NCBI GenBank assembly: GCA_035308025.1
Contig: DATGHL010000030.1
Coordinates: 52,946 to 116,945, forward strand
Direction: 5' to 3'
Source of the DNA: Candidatus Binataceae bacterium
Lineage (GTDB): Bacteria; Desulfobacterota; Binatia; Binatales; Binataceae
DNA length: 64,000 bases
In this document: in pieces, positions 1 to 12,037 of the stretch
Numbering within the stretch: the stretch's first letter is position 1
How the letters are laid out: each line of letters opens with the position of its first letter
Program-made: the position numbers and the translations under genes
The notes under the pieces: model-generated
What the model saw: the letters and a program-made list of their open reading frames with translations, nothing else
What the model was told of the DNA's origin: nothing
Database searches by the model: none

Positions 1-2
1 AC

Positions 3-290
3 ACAAACACCTACGCTCCGTTGGCCCAGGACCTCTACGACAATCAGCTCAATTTCGCCAAGATCATCGTCGAAAGTCTGACGCCCGCAATGCTCCCGCC
101 CTATGGGATGCAGTCGTGGGCGGGCGGCGGGATGGTGCAAATCTGGGACGTGACGACGAATCACGCGGCGTTCGGCTTCACCGCCGGCCCCAACCATCGC
201 AGCTGGACCGTCGATGCGGCGGTGAAGCCGCAGTACAACAATATCAAGGAGTATCAAAATCCGGGCGCAATCATGAACATGATGCGTTAG
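3..290 (+). CDS. C-terminal fragment of an unknown protein; the ORF is open to the window edge
   Basis: The frame stays open from nt 3 with no upstream stop, and the first Met is at 21. I do not recognise a motif. Confidence 0.3.
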   Translation, partial: TNTYAPLAQDLYDNQLNFAKIIVESLTPAMLPPYGMQSWAGGGMVQIWDVTTNHAAFGFTAGPNHRSWTVDAAVKPQYNNIKEYQNPGAIMNMMR

Positions 291-364
291 ACACTAGGCG
301 GAGCCTTAGCGGAGCCGCGCAGGCGAGTCCGCGAGCTGCGTCAGGATAAGGAGTCGGAATTTAA

Positions 365-3201
<2,837 letters not shown>

Positions 3202-3237
3202 TTCTGCGGGCTGTGCGGAGGCCGTGGCAACGCTCAG

Positions 3238-3942
3238 TCAGGCTTCGAAATACAGAATTCGCTGACAGTTCGGGCAGTAGTTCACCTGCAGATGCTTCTG
3301 CAGTTCGTTGTACAACTGCGGCGGCAGGCGCATCCGGCATCCTTGGCACGTGCCGCCTTTGGCTTCCGTGACCGCGACCCCGCCGCGGCGGCTGAAAATC
3401 ATCTCGTAGCGTTGCAGCAGGCTGCTCTCCATCCCGCGCGCCATCAGATCGCGATCGACGCGCTGCTTGCTGATCGAGACCTTCAGATCTTCGACCTGGG
3501 CGGCGATTTCCTTTTCGGCGGCGAGCAGCTCCTTGCGTTTAGCGGCGACCAGCTCCGTCAGCTCCGCGATCCGCGGGGAGCGGCGCTCGGCTCCTTCCAT
3601 CAACGCCAGCGCTTCAGCTTCGAGCCGCTGATTGGTTTCCTTTTGGGCCTCGACTTCGTGTGTCAGGGCCTGCATCTCTTTGTCGTTGCGCACCTGATTC
3701 AGCCGCATCCGTTTGTTGCGGATGCGCGCCTCACCCTCCGCGAGCTCCTTTTCGAGCGACCGCCGAGTGGTCGAGCTTTTCTGTTCTTCTTCGGTGAGGC
3801 GGCTGAGTTCCGCCTGATGCAGTTCGGATTCGGCTCGGAGTTGTTCGACGCGGCCGGCAACGGATGAGAGGGATTGTTCGAGCTCGTGCAATTCGCGGTC
3901 GATCGCCTGCAAACTCATGAGGCGGGTTATTTCTTCACGCAA
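3238..3942 (-). CDS. Coiled-coil protein with a C-terminal C4 zinc-ribbon (COG1579/DUF164-like)
   Basis: 234 aa. Long coiled-coil followed by CQGC...CPNCQRILY at the C-terminus. Confidence 0.65.
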   Translation of the reverse strand: MREEITRLMSLQAIDRELHELEQSLSSVAGRVEQLRAESELHQAELSRLTEEEQKSSTTRRSLEKELAEGEARIRNKRMRLNQVRNDKEMQALTHEVEAQKETNQRLEAEALALMEGAERRSPRIAELTELVAAKRKELLAAEKEIAAQVEDLKVSISKQRVDRDLMARGMESSLLQRYEMIFSRRGGVAVTEAKGGTCQGCRMRLPPQLYNELQKHLQVNYCPNCQRILYFEA

Positions 3943-4054
3943 TGCGTCCTCCGGAATGGCCCGGGACTGCGGCAGCGCAGCAGTTCAATGCGCGTGCTGC
4001 AGGCTCTCGCCCGGACTCGGTTAAGGATCTTTGAGTGGACACTCTTGGATTGGA

Positions 4055-4129
4055 TGGGCCCACCAGGATTTGAACCTGGGACCAGCCGGTTATGAGCCGG
4101 CAGCTCTGACCAGGCTGAGCTATGGGCCC
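4055..4129 (-). tRNA. tRNA with anticodon CAT (elongator Met, or Ile2 if lysidinylated)
   Basis: The reverse complement folds as a cloverleaf. Acceptor stem GGGCCCA/TGGGCCC; U8 A9; D-stem GCTC/GAGC. Anticodon stem GCCGG/CCGGC with loop CTCATAA. T-arm CCAGG-TTCAAAT-CCTGG; discriminator A. CCA is not encoded. The anticodon stem lacks the three consecutive G-C pairs of initiator tRNA. Confidence 0.8.
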
Positions 4130-4278
4130 CAGTAAATGCATTTCGGGTGGCAAGGCAGGAATGATTCTAGCGTTTTCGCGGGCGCAAATTAAGCCATGCT
4201 GACTGGGAGTCCCATTGCCATTTTCTACGCTAACGGAATTCGCTCGCCGATCAGTTTCCCTCGGTCCTACAGAAGTCG

Positions 4279-6087
4279 TTATTGGACTCCGCGCATCGTG
4301 GCCCTTTTCTTCAATTCCTGAGGGTCAGACTCCTTCAAGATTCTCAGGAAACCAGCCAATATTTTACGCACCAGCGCTAATTCGCGGGCTCTCGCGCTTG
4401 GTCCCTCTTTTTCATAGAGCCCGCCGAAAAATTCTTTAAAAATCTCGTTGGTAGGAGGTTGCTGCCCAGCCGTGACTGGTTTTTTTGCTTCCGCTACGAT
4501 GTCGTCTAGATCTTTTTCTTGCTTTGCGATCCACTCCTTTTGAACTTGAGAGAGTCGTTCTGTTAGAACGCCTCCCAACTCCGGCGGTTCAGACATGGAT
4601 TCGAGCAAAAACTGAAGGAGATCAGCGAGCGCCTTATTCCTATAGTGTCTGAAAGGCTGTTCGGAAAAAATTTCGGCGCGCAATTCCGGATAAACATGGG
4701 CTATGGCGATGAGGCCCAGTTCGGCCTTCGCGACCCGATCGAGCGGTTCTGCGATGATTGCTCTCGGCGCTGGCACCGACGACCTCCCGCGCATTGCTAA
4801 GTTTCGCAGGACTTGTTCCTCGGCGGTGCCGAAACCCACGAGACTAACGGCCCTGCGCAGGAGCACATTAAACTGAACCTCGTCCGAGATAAGTCTTAAC
4901 TTTTCCCCTACACTTTGAAGTACGTTCTGATGCAATTCGGGCGAGCTTTCTGGCCCGGACGCCTTACCGCTCATTTCTCGGAAAAAATAGTCAACCAGCA
5001 GCTCGGCAGAATCGATCACTTCGCCGAAGGCCTGCGCCCCGCGCTCGCGCACGAGCGTGTCGGGATCATAACCGGGCGGCACGAAAGCCCCGCGCCCAAG
5101 CAGTCCGGCCTCAAGAAAAACTTCGAGCGCGCGCATGGAGGCCTTGCGGCCGGCGCCGTCGCCGTCGAAGCAGGCAATCAGATTACGCGTATAGCGTGAC
5201 AGCAGGCGGAGCTGATCGGCCGTCAACGCGGTCCCGAGGCTGGCGACGATCTCCTTGAAGCCAGCCTGCCAGAGCGCGATCGCATCGATATTGCCTTCGA
5301 CAACAATCGCGCGGTCGGCCTTGACGATCGCCTGCCGCGCCTCGTAGAGCCCGTAAACCATCCGCGCTTTGGAATAGAGCGGAGACTCGGGGGAATTGAT
5401 GTACTTCGGCAAACGGGCGTCGAGCACGCGGCCGCCGAAGGCGAGCGCGCGGCCTTGAGCGTCGCGAATCGGGAACATGAGCCGCGCGCGGAACATATCG
5501 TAAAGCGCGCCGCGCTCGTCGCGCTTGATCAGGCCCAGCTTGAGCGCGGCCTCAGTCAGCCCGCGCTTGTGCAGGGTCGCGGCCAGATTGGCGGCGCGAG
5601 CGGGCGCGAAGCCGAGCATAAAGGCTTGCGCGGTCTCGACCGTAATGGCGCGCGACTTGATGTATTCACGGGCCGGCGCACCGTCCGGAGTTTTCCAGAG
5701 CACGTGCGCATAAAATTCCGCCGCGGTCTGATTGGCGCTGAACAAGGCTTCGCGTTCGCCGACCGGGGGGCCGGCGCCGCCGGCGTCGAGCTGCGGCAGC
5801 GCGACGCCAAACCGCCGCGCGAGCGATTGCAGCGCCTCGGGGAAACTCAGCGCCTCGACCCGCATCACGAAATCGAAAACCGTACCGCCCGCGCCGCAAC
5901 CGAAACAATGGAAGAAGCCGCGCTCGGCGCTGACGCTGAACGACGGCGTCTTTTCATTATGGAACGGACACAGCCCGACGTGGTTACGGCCGGCGCGACG
6001 CAGCCGCACGTGCGCGCCGATGACCTCGACGATGTCCGCGCGGGTGCGAACCTCCTCGATCTTGTCCTGGCCGTAGCGCGCCATCAC
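4279..6087 (-). CDS. dnaG: DNA primase
   Basis: 602 aa. N-terminal zinc-binding motif CPFHNEKTPSF...FHCFGCG, a TOPRIM core, and a C-terminal helicase-interaction region. Confidence 0.92.
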   Translation of the reverse strand: MMARYGQDKIEEVRTRADIVEVIGAHVRLRRAGRNHVGLCPFHNEKTPSFSVSAERGFFHCFGCGAGGTVFDFVMRVEALSFPEALQSLARRFGVALPQLDAGGAGPPVGEREALFSANQTAAEFYAHVLWKTPDGAPAREYIKSRAITVETAQAFMLGFAPARAANLAATLHKRGLTEAALKLGLIKRDERGALYDMFRARLMFPIRDAQGRALAFGGRVLDARLPKYINSPESPLYSKARMVYGLYEARQAIVKADRAIVVEGNIDAIALWQAGFKEIVASLGTALTADQLRLLSRYTRNLIACFDGDGAGRKASMRALEVFLEAGLLGRGAFVPPGYDPDTLVRERGAQAFGEVIDSAELLVDYFFREMSGKASGPESSPELHQNVLQSVGEKLRLISDEVQFNVLLRRAVSLVGFGTAEEQVLRNLAMRGRSSVPAPRAIIAEPLDRVAKAELGLIAIAHVYPELRAEIFSEQPFRHYRNKALADLLQFLLESMSEPPELGGVLTERLSQVQKEWIAKQEKDLDDIVAEAKKPVTAGQQPPTNEIFKEFFGGLYEKEGPSARARELALVRKILAGFLRILKESDPQELKKRATMRGVQ

Positions 6088-6105
6088 GACTCCATCACGA
6101 CTCCG

Positions 6106-6825
6106 TCACGACTGCATCACGGCGCGCAGGCGCGCGGGATGATTCGTCATGATGCCGTCGACGCCGGCGCTGATCAGTTTCCTCATCACGTCAGGATCAT
6201 CCACTGTCCACGGGTAGATCGCGAGTCCGTGCAGATGCGCGCGGGCACAGAAATCGGCGCTCGCCAACTCGAAGGCGGGATTAATCGCCGCCGCCTTGAG
6301 CTGAAGCGCGCGCGCGAGCGATCGCGCGGGCATCCTGCTGGTCAGCAAACCGACACGAATCTCGGGGGCGAGCGCTCGCACTTCAGCCAACGCGTTAGCG
6401 TCGAAGCTCGAGACCAGAGTCGATTCCTCGACGCGCGCCCCGCGGATCATCGTGCAAACCTGCTTAGTTAAGCCCGCCGCCTTCAATTCAATATTCAGCG
6501 CGCAGCGCCCGTGCACCAGCTCAAGCACCTCGCGCAGCAGCGGAATGCGTTCAGCCGCAAAGGCCGTGGAGAACCATCCGCCCGCGCTGAATTTTCTTAA
6601 CTGGGCGAACGTCAGCTCCGCAACCTTTCCGCGGCCGTCGCTGGTGCGATCAAGCGTATCATCATGAATTACGACAATTTCGCCGTCGGCGGTGCGATGC
6701 ACGTCCAGTTCGCACACGCCGGCGCCCGCCGCGATCGCGCCCGCGAACGCCGCCAAGGTATTTTCGGGGAAATCCGCGCTGGCGCCGCGATGCGCTATGT
6801 TCAACATCTTGGGTTCTCTGCTCAT
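6106..6825 (-). CDS. Glycerophosphodiester phosphodiesterase (GDPD family)
   Basis: 239 aa. Motifs HRG...ENT, ELDVH and the GDPD signature IVVIHDDTLDRT. Confidence 0.85.
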   Translation of the reverse strand: MSREPKMLNIAHRGASADFPENTLAAFAGAIAAGAGVCELDVHRTADGEIVVIHDDTLDRTSDGRGKVAELTFAQLRKFSAGGWFSTAFAAERIPLLREVLELVHGRCALNIELKAAGLTKQVCTMIRGARVEESTLVSSFDANALAEVRALAPEIRVGLLTSRMPARSLARALQLKAAAINPAFELASADFCARAHLHGLAIYPWTVDDPDVMRKLISAGVDGIMTNHPARLRAVMQS

Positions 6826-6949
6826 CAGACAACCACGCGCGCCGAAGGCCTCGCAACTGACTGGGCGCGGAATCTCAACAGGGTCTTACGCGCTGGCGTG
6901 GGTTCGCCTATCCTCTCCTCGAACTGATGTCGCACCGGATCGACACGCC

Positions 6950-7831
6950 ATGCGGCGCCAAAAGCCACGCGCCTACATTTCTCTGATGATCGAAACGCCG
7001 GCGGCGTTGCAGGACGAGACGGCCGGAATCCTCGCGGGCTATGGCGCCCTTGGATGTGAAATCCGGGGATTTGCGCGCGGGCGTCGCGACGGCTCATCGG
7101 TGCGGGTCGTCGGCTATTTCACCCGCCTCGACGCGGCTGCGCTGCGCCGGCTGTCGACGATGTTGAGCAAGGCCGGGATGCTGACGCCGGGTTCGAGGCC
7201 GGCCGTCATGCGCGTCGAAGATCCCGGCTGGGCGACGATGTGGCAGAAGCGCTTCGAGCCGTTTCCGGTGGGCGCGCGCCTGCTCGTCGTACCGCCGTGG
7301 AACCGCGCCGGCGCCGATGAGCGGATCGCGATTGTGATTCGGCCCGGCCAGGCCTTCGGCACTGGCCATCACGCGTCGACCTTTGGAACGCTATCCCTGG
7401 TGGAGCAGGTTTTCGACGGCGGACGCTGTGAACGGGCGCTCGACGTCGGCACGGGTTCTGGCATCCTGGCGATCGCGATGAGCAAACTCGGTGCGAAGCA
7501 GGTGGTCGCGATCGACTTCGATCCCATCGCGCTCGACAACGCCCGGGAAAACGCCAAACTCAATGACGTCGAGACGAATCTTCGTCTCAGCGTCGCGCCT
7601 CTGAGTTCGATTCGTGGACGCTTCGACATCATCACAGCCAACATCTTGAGCTCGGTGCTGATCGAGATGGCGCCGCAGCTCAAAGCGCGGCTCCGGCCGG
7701 GCGGTCACCTGATCCTCGCCGGCATCCTCGCGCGCGAAGCTGACGCCGTGATGAAGGTCTATAACACGGACCTCAGACGGCTGCGCACGCGCGCCGACGG
7801 CGCGTGGTGCGCCTTGGATTACCAGGGATGA
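6950..7831 (+). CDS. prmA: Ribosomal protein L11 methyltransferase
   Basis: The SAM-binding motif LDVGTGSGILAIA and the PrmA core are present. The ORF runs 5' to 6692, but the PrmA-like part begins at the ATG at 6950. Confidence 0.82.
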   Translation: MRRQKPRAYISLMIETPAALQDETAGILAGYGALGCEIRGFARGRRDGSSVRVVGYFTRLDAAALRRLSTMLSKAGMLTPGSRPAVMRVEDPGWATMWQKRFEPFPVGARLLVVPPWNRAGADERIAIVIRPGQAFGTGHHASTFGTLSLVEQVFDGGRCERALDVGTGSGILAIAMSKLGAKQVVAIDFDPIALDNARENAKLNDVETNLRLSVAPLSSIRGRFDIITANILSSVLIEMAPQLKARLRPGGHLILAGILAREADAVMKVYNTDLRRLRTRADGAWCALDYQG

Positions 7832-8565
7832 GCCGTCCGCCGCGTTTTGCGATCACCCGCAGCATGATCGCGTCGGGCGCCGTGCGGTTGGCCGGTCCCG
7901 AGTTGCATCATCTGCGCGACGTGATGCGGCTCCATGCGGGTGCGGACATCGCCTTGATCGATGAAACCAACATCGAATACGTCGGACGAATCGAACGCCT
8001 CGAACCTCATCAGGCGATCATCGCGCTCTCCGATTCGGTGCCGCGCGCCGCGCCCACGACCGGCGAGTTGATCCTTGCAGCCGGGTTGATCAAGGGGCCG
8101 CGGATGGACTTCCTCGTCGAGAAGGCGGCGGAGCTGGGCGCGTCGCAATTGATCACGCTGCTGTGCGCGCGCTCGGTGGTTCGCGGCCCGGGCGCGCAAC
8201 GGGTCGAGCGCTGGCGGCGGCTGGCGACGGCCGCGGCCAAGCAATCGCTGGCGCCGCAGCGGATGGCGCTCGCGCCGCCGATGACGGTTGCAGAACTCGT
8301 TCGCGCCGTGCCACAAGAGACCTTTGCCGTGGTATGCGTAAGCGATGGGCCGCCGCTCAGTGCGATCCTCCGCAAGGCGGCGCCGCGCGGGCTACTGCTC
8401 GCATGCGGGGCGGAGGGCGGTTTCGATCCGGTGGAGTTGGCGCTGATGCGTGATGCAGGCTATTGCGCGGCGTCGCTGGGGCCGAACCGGCTGCGCGCGG
8501 AAACCGCGGCGCTCGTCGCACTGAGTATCGCGGCGGCGGAAATCCACGAACGCTCCGGGAGATAA
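7828..8565 (+). CDS. rsmE: 16S rRNA (uracil1498-N3)-methyltransferase
   Basis: RsmE-like N-terminus (PRFAI...) and a C-terminal SPOUT domain (GAEGGF...E). An alternative start at 7804 is possible. Confidence 0.8.
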   Translation: MSRPPRFAITRSMIASGAVRLAGPELHHLRDVMRLHAGADIALIDETNIEYVGRIERLEPHQAIIALSDSVPRAAPTTGELILAAGLIKGPRMDFLVEKAAELGASQLITLLCARSVVRGPGAQRVERWRRLATAAAKQSLAPQRMALAPPMTVAELVRAVPQETFAVVCVSDGPPLSAILRKAAPRGLLLACGAEGGFDPVELALMRDAGYCAASLGPNRLRAETAALVALSIAAAEIHERSGR

Positions 8566-8567
8566 GC

Positions 8568-9527
8568 GTGGCTTACAAGTTTGCCTTCGTGATGGATCCG
8601 CTCGATACCGTGCTGCCTGACAAGGACACGACCTTCGTCTTCATGCTCGAGGCGCTCGCGCGCGGCCACGAGATTTTTTTTCTCGGCCTGAAGGATCTCT
8701 ACAGCCGCGGCCATCAGGGCTTGGCGCGCGCCCGCCGCTGCGAAGTGATGCGCTCGGCTCCATATCACCGCTTGCTCGACGATGGCGCGGAATATCCGCT
8801 CGAGCATTTTGATGCGATCTTCATGCGCAAGGATCCGCCGGCTGACGCCAACTATCTCTTCGCGACGATGTTGCTCAGCCTCGCCGACAACCGCCGCACA
8901 TTCGTGCTCAATCATCCGGCGGGATTGCGCGAAGCCAACGAGAAGCTCTACGCGCTGAATTTTCCGGGCGCAATTCCGCCCACGCTCGTCACCTACGAAA
9001 TTCCGCGCCTCAAGCGCTTCATGGAGGAACAGGGCGGTGAGATGATCGTCAAGCCGCTCGACGGTCACGGGGGCGAAGGCGTCTTCCACGCCCACGCCCG
9101 CGATCGCAACCTCAACGCGATCCTCGAAGCGGTCACCCGCTTCGAGACCCGTCCGATCATGGCTCAGCGCTATATTCCCGAGGTCCGCAACGGCGACAAA
9201 CGCCTGATCGTACTCGACGGCCAACCCCTGGGCGGGACGTTGCGAGTGCCACGCGACGATGAGCATCGTGGCAATATCCACGTCGGCGGCAACTGCGTCA
9301 AAGCACCGATTACCGCTCGCGATCGCGAAATCTGCCGGATGCTGCGTCCGCGCTTGGAACGCGACGGGCTCTACTTCGTCGGGCTCGACATCATCGGCGA
9401 CTATCTGACCGAAGTGAACGTCACGAGCCCGACCGGCGTGCAGGAGGTTGACCGCCTCGACGGGGTCAACCTCGAAGCGCAGGTCATCGATTTCGTGGAG
9501 TCCCGCGTCGCCGGCTTGAATCGATAG
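8568..9527 (+). CDS. gshB: Glutathione synthetase (ATP-grasp)
   Basis: GTG start 3 nt after the rsmE stop. GshB N-domain (FVMDP...KDTT) and ATP-grasp C-domain (IVKPLDGHGGEGVF). Confidence 0.85.
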   Translation: MAYKFAFVMDPLDTVLPDKDTTFVFMLEALARGHEIFFLGLKDLYSRGHQGLARARRCEVMRSAPYHRLLDDGAEYPLEHFDAIFMRKDPPADANYLFATMLLSLADNRRTFVLNHPAGLREANEKLYALNFPGAIPPTLVTYEIPRLKRFMEEQGGEMIVKPLDGHGGEGVFHAHARDRNLNAILEAVTRFETRPIMAQRYIPEVRNGDKRLIVLDGQPLGGTLRVPRDDEHRGNIHVGGNCVKAPITARDREICRMLRPRLERDGLYFVGLDIIGDYLTEVNVTSPTGVQEVDRLDGVNLEAQVIDFVESRVAGLNR

Positions 9528-9529
9528 CT

Positions 9530-10393
9530 TTAAGCAAACTTGCGGATCAGCGAGGCATAGCGCTCTAAGACCGGCCACTGCTTGTCCGGCTTGGCGACGG
9601 GTATGAGAAATCCGACGCGATTGAATCCCAGTTTCAGAAGTTCCTGAATCCGCCCTTCGAGCCCGCCCGCCGGCGCCATCTCGAAGCCGGTAAGCACGCT
9701 GAGATCGAACGCCTCTTTGGGCCGCCCCAGCCGCGCGGCTTCTGTGCGCATCGCTTCGAGGCCGCCGGCCAAATCGGCTCCCACGTCCAACGGAATCCAG
9801 CCGTCGCAGTATTCGGCGACGCGCTTGGGCGCCCACTTCGACCACGCGCCGAGGATAACCGGCGGCCCACCGGCCTGGACCGGCTTCGGCCAGCACCAAA
9901 GCGGGTCGAAATTGACGAACTTGCCGTGATACTCAGCGACGTCCTTGCTCCAGATTTCCCGCATCGCGAGGATCCGCTCGCGCGTGATCTTCCAGCGATC
10001 TTTGAATTCGGCGCCGTGGTCCGCCATCTCCTCGGCGTTCCAGCCGGCGCCGATCCCGAAGAGCAATCTGCCGTTCGACACGTGGTCGAGACATGCGACC
10101 ATCTTCGCCAGATTCATCGTGTTGTGCTCGGGCACCAGGCAAACCGATGTTCCGACTTTGATTTTCGTCGTGACGGCAGCCGCGGCGCTCAACCCGATGA
10201 AGGGATCGAAGAATTCCTTGTAGTAGACCGGTAGTTCGCCGCCCAACGGGAACGGGGTCTTGCGGCTGGTCGGAATATGCGAGTGTTCACCGAACCACAG
10301 CGATTCGAAGCCCTGCGCCTCCGCCCAGCGCGCGAGTTCTGCGGGTTGAATCGTGTAGTGCGTCGGAATTGCGATTAAACCAAAGTCCGGCAT
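9530..10393 (-). CDS. LLM-class (luciferase-like) F420-dependent oxidoreductase
   Basis: 287 aa TIM-barrel LLM family. It is convergent with gshB across a 2-bp gap. Confidence 0.8.
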   Translation of the reverse strand: MPDFGLIAIPTHYTIQPAELARWAEAQGFESLWFGEHSHIPTSRKTPFPLGGELPVYYKEFFDPFIGLSAAAAVTTKIKVGTSVCLVPEHNTMNLAKMVACLDHVSNGRLLFGIGAGWNAEEMADHGAEFKDRWKITRERILAMREIWSKDVAEYHGKFVNFDPLWCWPKPVQAGGPPVILGAWSKWAPKRVAEYCDGWIPLDVGADLAGGLEAMRTEAARLGRPKEAFDLSVLTGFEMAPAGGLEGRIQELLKLGFNRVGFLIPVAKPDKQWPVLERYASLIRKFA

Positions 10394-10431
10394 GGCTTAT
10401 TCCTCCGGGCGCTTTCTTTCCTTCGTGCGCC

Positions 10432-10859
10432 TTACTGCGGTTTGAATTTCGGGATCGAGATTTCTTCGGTCCAGTCCTCGAACGTCACCGCGACGGCCAT
10501 CCCCATCGTGACCTGCTCGGGCGGGCAGCCGACGATATTGGTCATCATCGTGGGACCCTCATCGAGGGTCACCAGCGCGACGACATAGGGCACGTCGTCG
10601 GCGAAGGCCGGAGAGACCGGCCGGCGGACGATCGTGAAGGTCGTCACTTTCGCGCGGCCCGAAGCGCGCACCCATTCAACCCGATCGCTGGAGCATTTCG
10701 CGCAGTAGAGGCGCGGATAGAATTGATGCACGCCGCAGGCCGCGCATCTCTGGATCAGCAATTCATGTCGTTTGCAGCCTTCCCAGTAGGGTGCGGTTTC
10801 AAGCGTCACGACCGGAAGTGGTTTGGGGACCCGCGCCTTGGATGCCTGCGCCGCCATCA
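10432..10859 (-). CDS. DUF35 OB-fold/Zn-ribbon protein (thiolase-associated scaffold)
   Basis: Four-Cys rubredoxin-like zinc ribbon (C..C...C..C) plus an OB fold. Its start overlaps the upstream thiolase stop. Confidence 0.75.
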
Positions 10860-11966
10860 GATTTGCTCCGCTCCGAAGATTCCCGTGCAATGCGTCGAGA
10901 GGATACCGCCCTGGGCGTGCACCAGCGCAATTTTCGCGTTGGCAACCTGGCGCGGACCGCATTCACCGCGCAACTGGCGAACCGCCTCGGTCACCGAGAA
11001 GATCGACCCCGGATGGCCCGGATGGCAATGCGAAAGCAGCCCGCCATGCGTGTTGACCGGCAGCTCGCCGCCCAACTCGATACGGCCCCCTTCGACGAAG
11101 CGACCGCCCTCGCCTTTCGGGCAGAAACCGAGATCCTCGAGTTCGATAATCACGACCGGCGTGAAGCAGTCATAGAGCTCCGCGACGTCGATATCCTTCG
11201 GCTGCAGTCCCGCCATCGCGTAGGCGCGCTCGCCGGCCTCCTTGGCGGCCGACGCGACGAAGCTGTGGGCTTGGCTGATATGTTCGTGCGAGTGGCCCTC
11301 GCCGATGCCGAGCAGGTAAACCGGCTTTTGCTTGAAATCGCGCGCGCGCTCCGCCGAGGTCATGATAATCGCGCCGCCGCCATCGCTCACCAGCGAGCAG
11401 TCCAGCAGGTGGAGCGGGTCGGCGATCAGCCGCGAATTCAGGACATCATCGATCGTGATCGGATCACGCATCTGCGCCGCCGGATTCATCGAGGCGTGCT
11501 TGCGGCACACGACCGCGACGGCCGCGCGCTGCTCGTCAGTCGTGCCGTAGGCGTGCTGATGAGCCCGCGCGACGAGCGCATAAAAGGCCGGAATCGGCGC
11601 GCCATAAGGACGCTCGAATTGCGGATGACCGGCGCCGGCCATCGCCTCGATCGCCTTCGCGCGCGAGAGCCCGGTGACCTGGCTGTCGGCCATCGTGATC
11701 AGCACCGTCTTGCACATGCCGGTCAGAATCGCCGAGGCGGCGTGATGCATAATCGCCAGCGTCGTGCCTCCGCCGGAGGGCGCGGTGATGCAATAGCGCG
11801 GGAAAATCTGCATGTACTCGGCGATCATCTCGGCGTGGTAGAGGAAGGGCTCGACGAAGGAGACGCAGGTGATCAGGCCGTCGATGTCGTCCTTGGTCAG
11901 GCCGGCGTCATCGAGCGCGCGGCGCGCCGCCTGCACGTAAAGCTGCGTCGCGCTCATCCCGCGCAC
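10857..11966 (-). CDS. Thiolase-like protein (SCP-x/lipid-transfer-type, DUF35 partner)
   Basis: 369 aa thiolase fold. The catalytic Cys region and the C-terminal GGG..HC.G.PGS motif are present. Confidence 0.8.
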   Translation of the reverse strand: MRGMSATQLYVQAARRALDDAGLTKDDIDGLITCVSFVEPFLYHAEMIAEYMQIFPRYCITAPSGGGTTLAIMHHAASAILTGMCKTVLITMADSQVTGLSRAKAIEAMAGAGHPQFERPYGAPIPAFYALVARAHQHAYGTTDEQRAAVAVVCRKHASMNPAAQMRDPITIDDVLNSRLIADPLHLLDCSLVSDGGGAIIMTSAERARDFKQKPVYLLGIGEGHSHEHISQAHSFVASAAKEAGERAYAMAGLQPKDIDVAELYDCFTPVVIIELEDLGFCPKGEGGRFVEGGRIELGGELPVNTHGGLLSHCHPGHPGSIFSVTEAVRQLRGECGPRQVANAKIALVHAQGGILSTHCTGIFGAEQI

Positions 11967-12037
11967 GACGCCGACGGCGGTGTCGCCGACGCCGACGATC
12001 GCAACTTTGTTCTTGAGTGATTCCGTAGGCGACGCTC

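Noticed and set aside
4055-4129. Initiator tRNA-fMet call
   Set aside because: The anticodon stem lacks the three consecutive G-C pairs at positions 29-31/39-41, and the 1:72 pair is a standard G-C.
6692-6949. Long N-terminal extension of prmA (ORF from 6692)
   Set aside because: The extension overlaps the divergent GDPD gene and is compositionally Ala/Pro-rich. The PrmA-like sequence begins at the internal ATG at 6950.
8460-9899. 479-aa ORF antisense to gshB
   Set aside because: It is entirely antisense to a well-supported gshB gene. High-GC genomes produce long stop-free antisense frames, and I see no recognisable domain.
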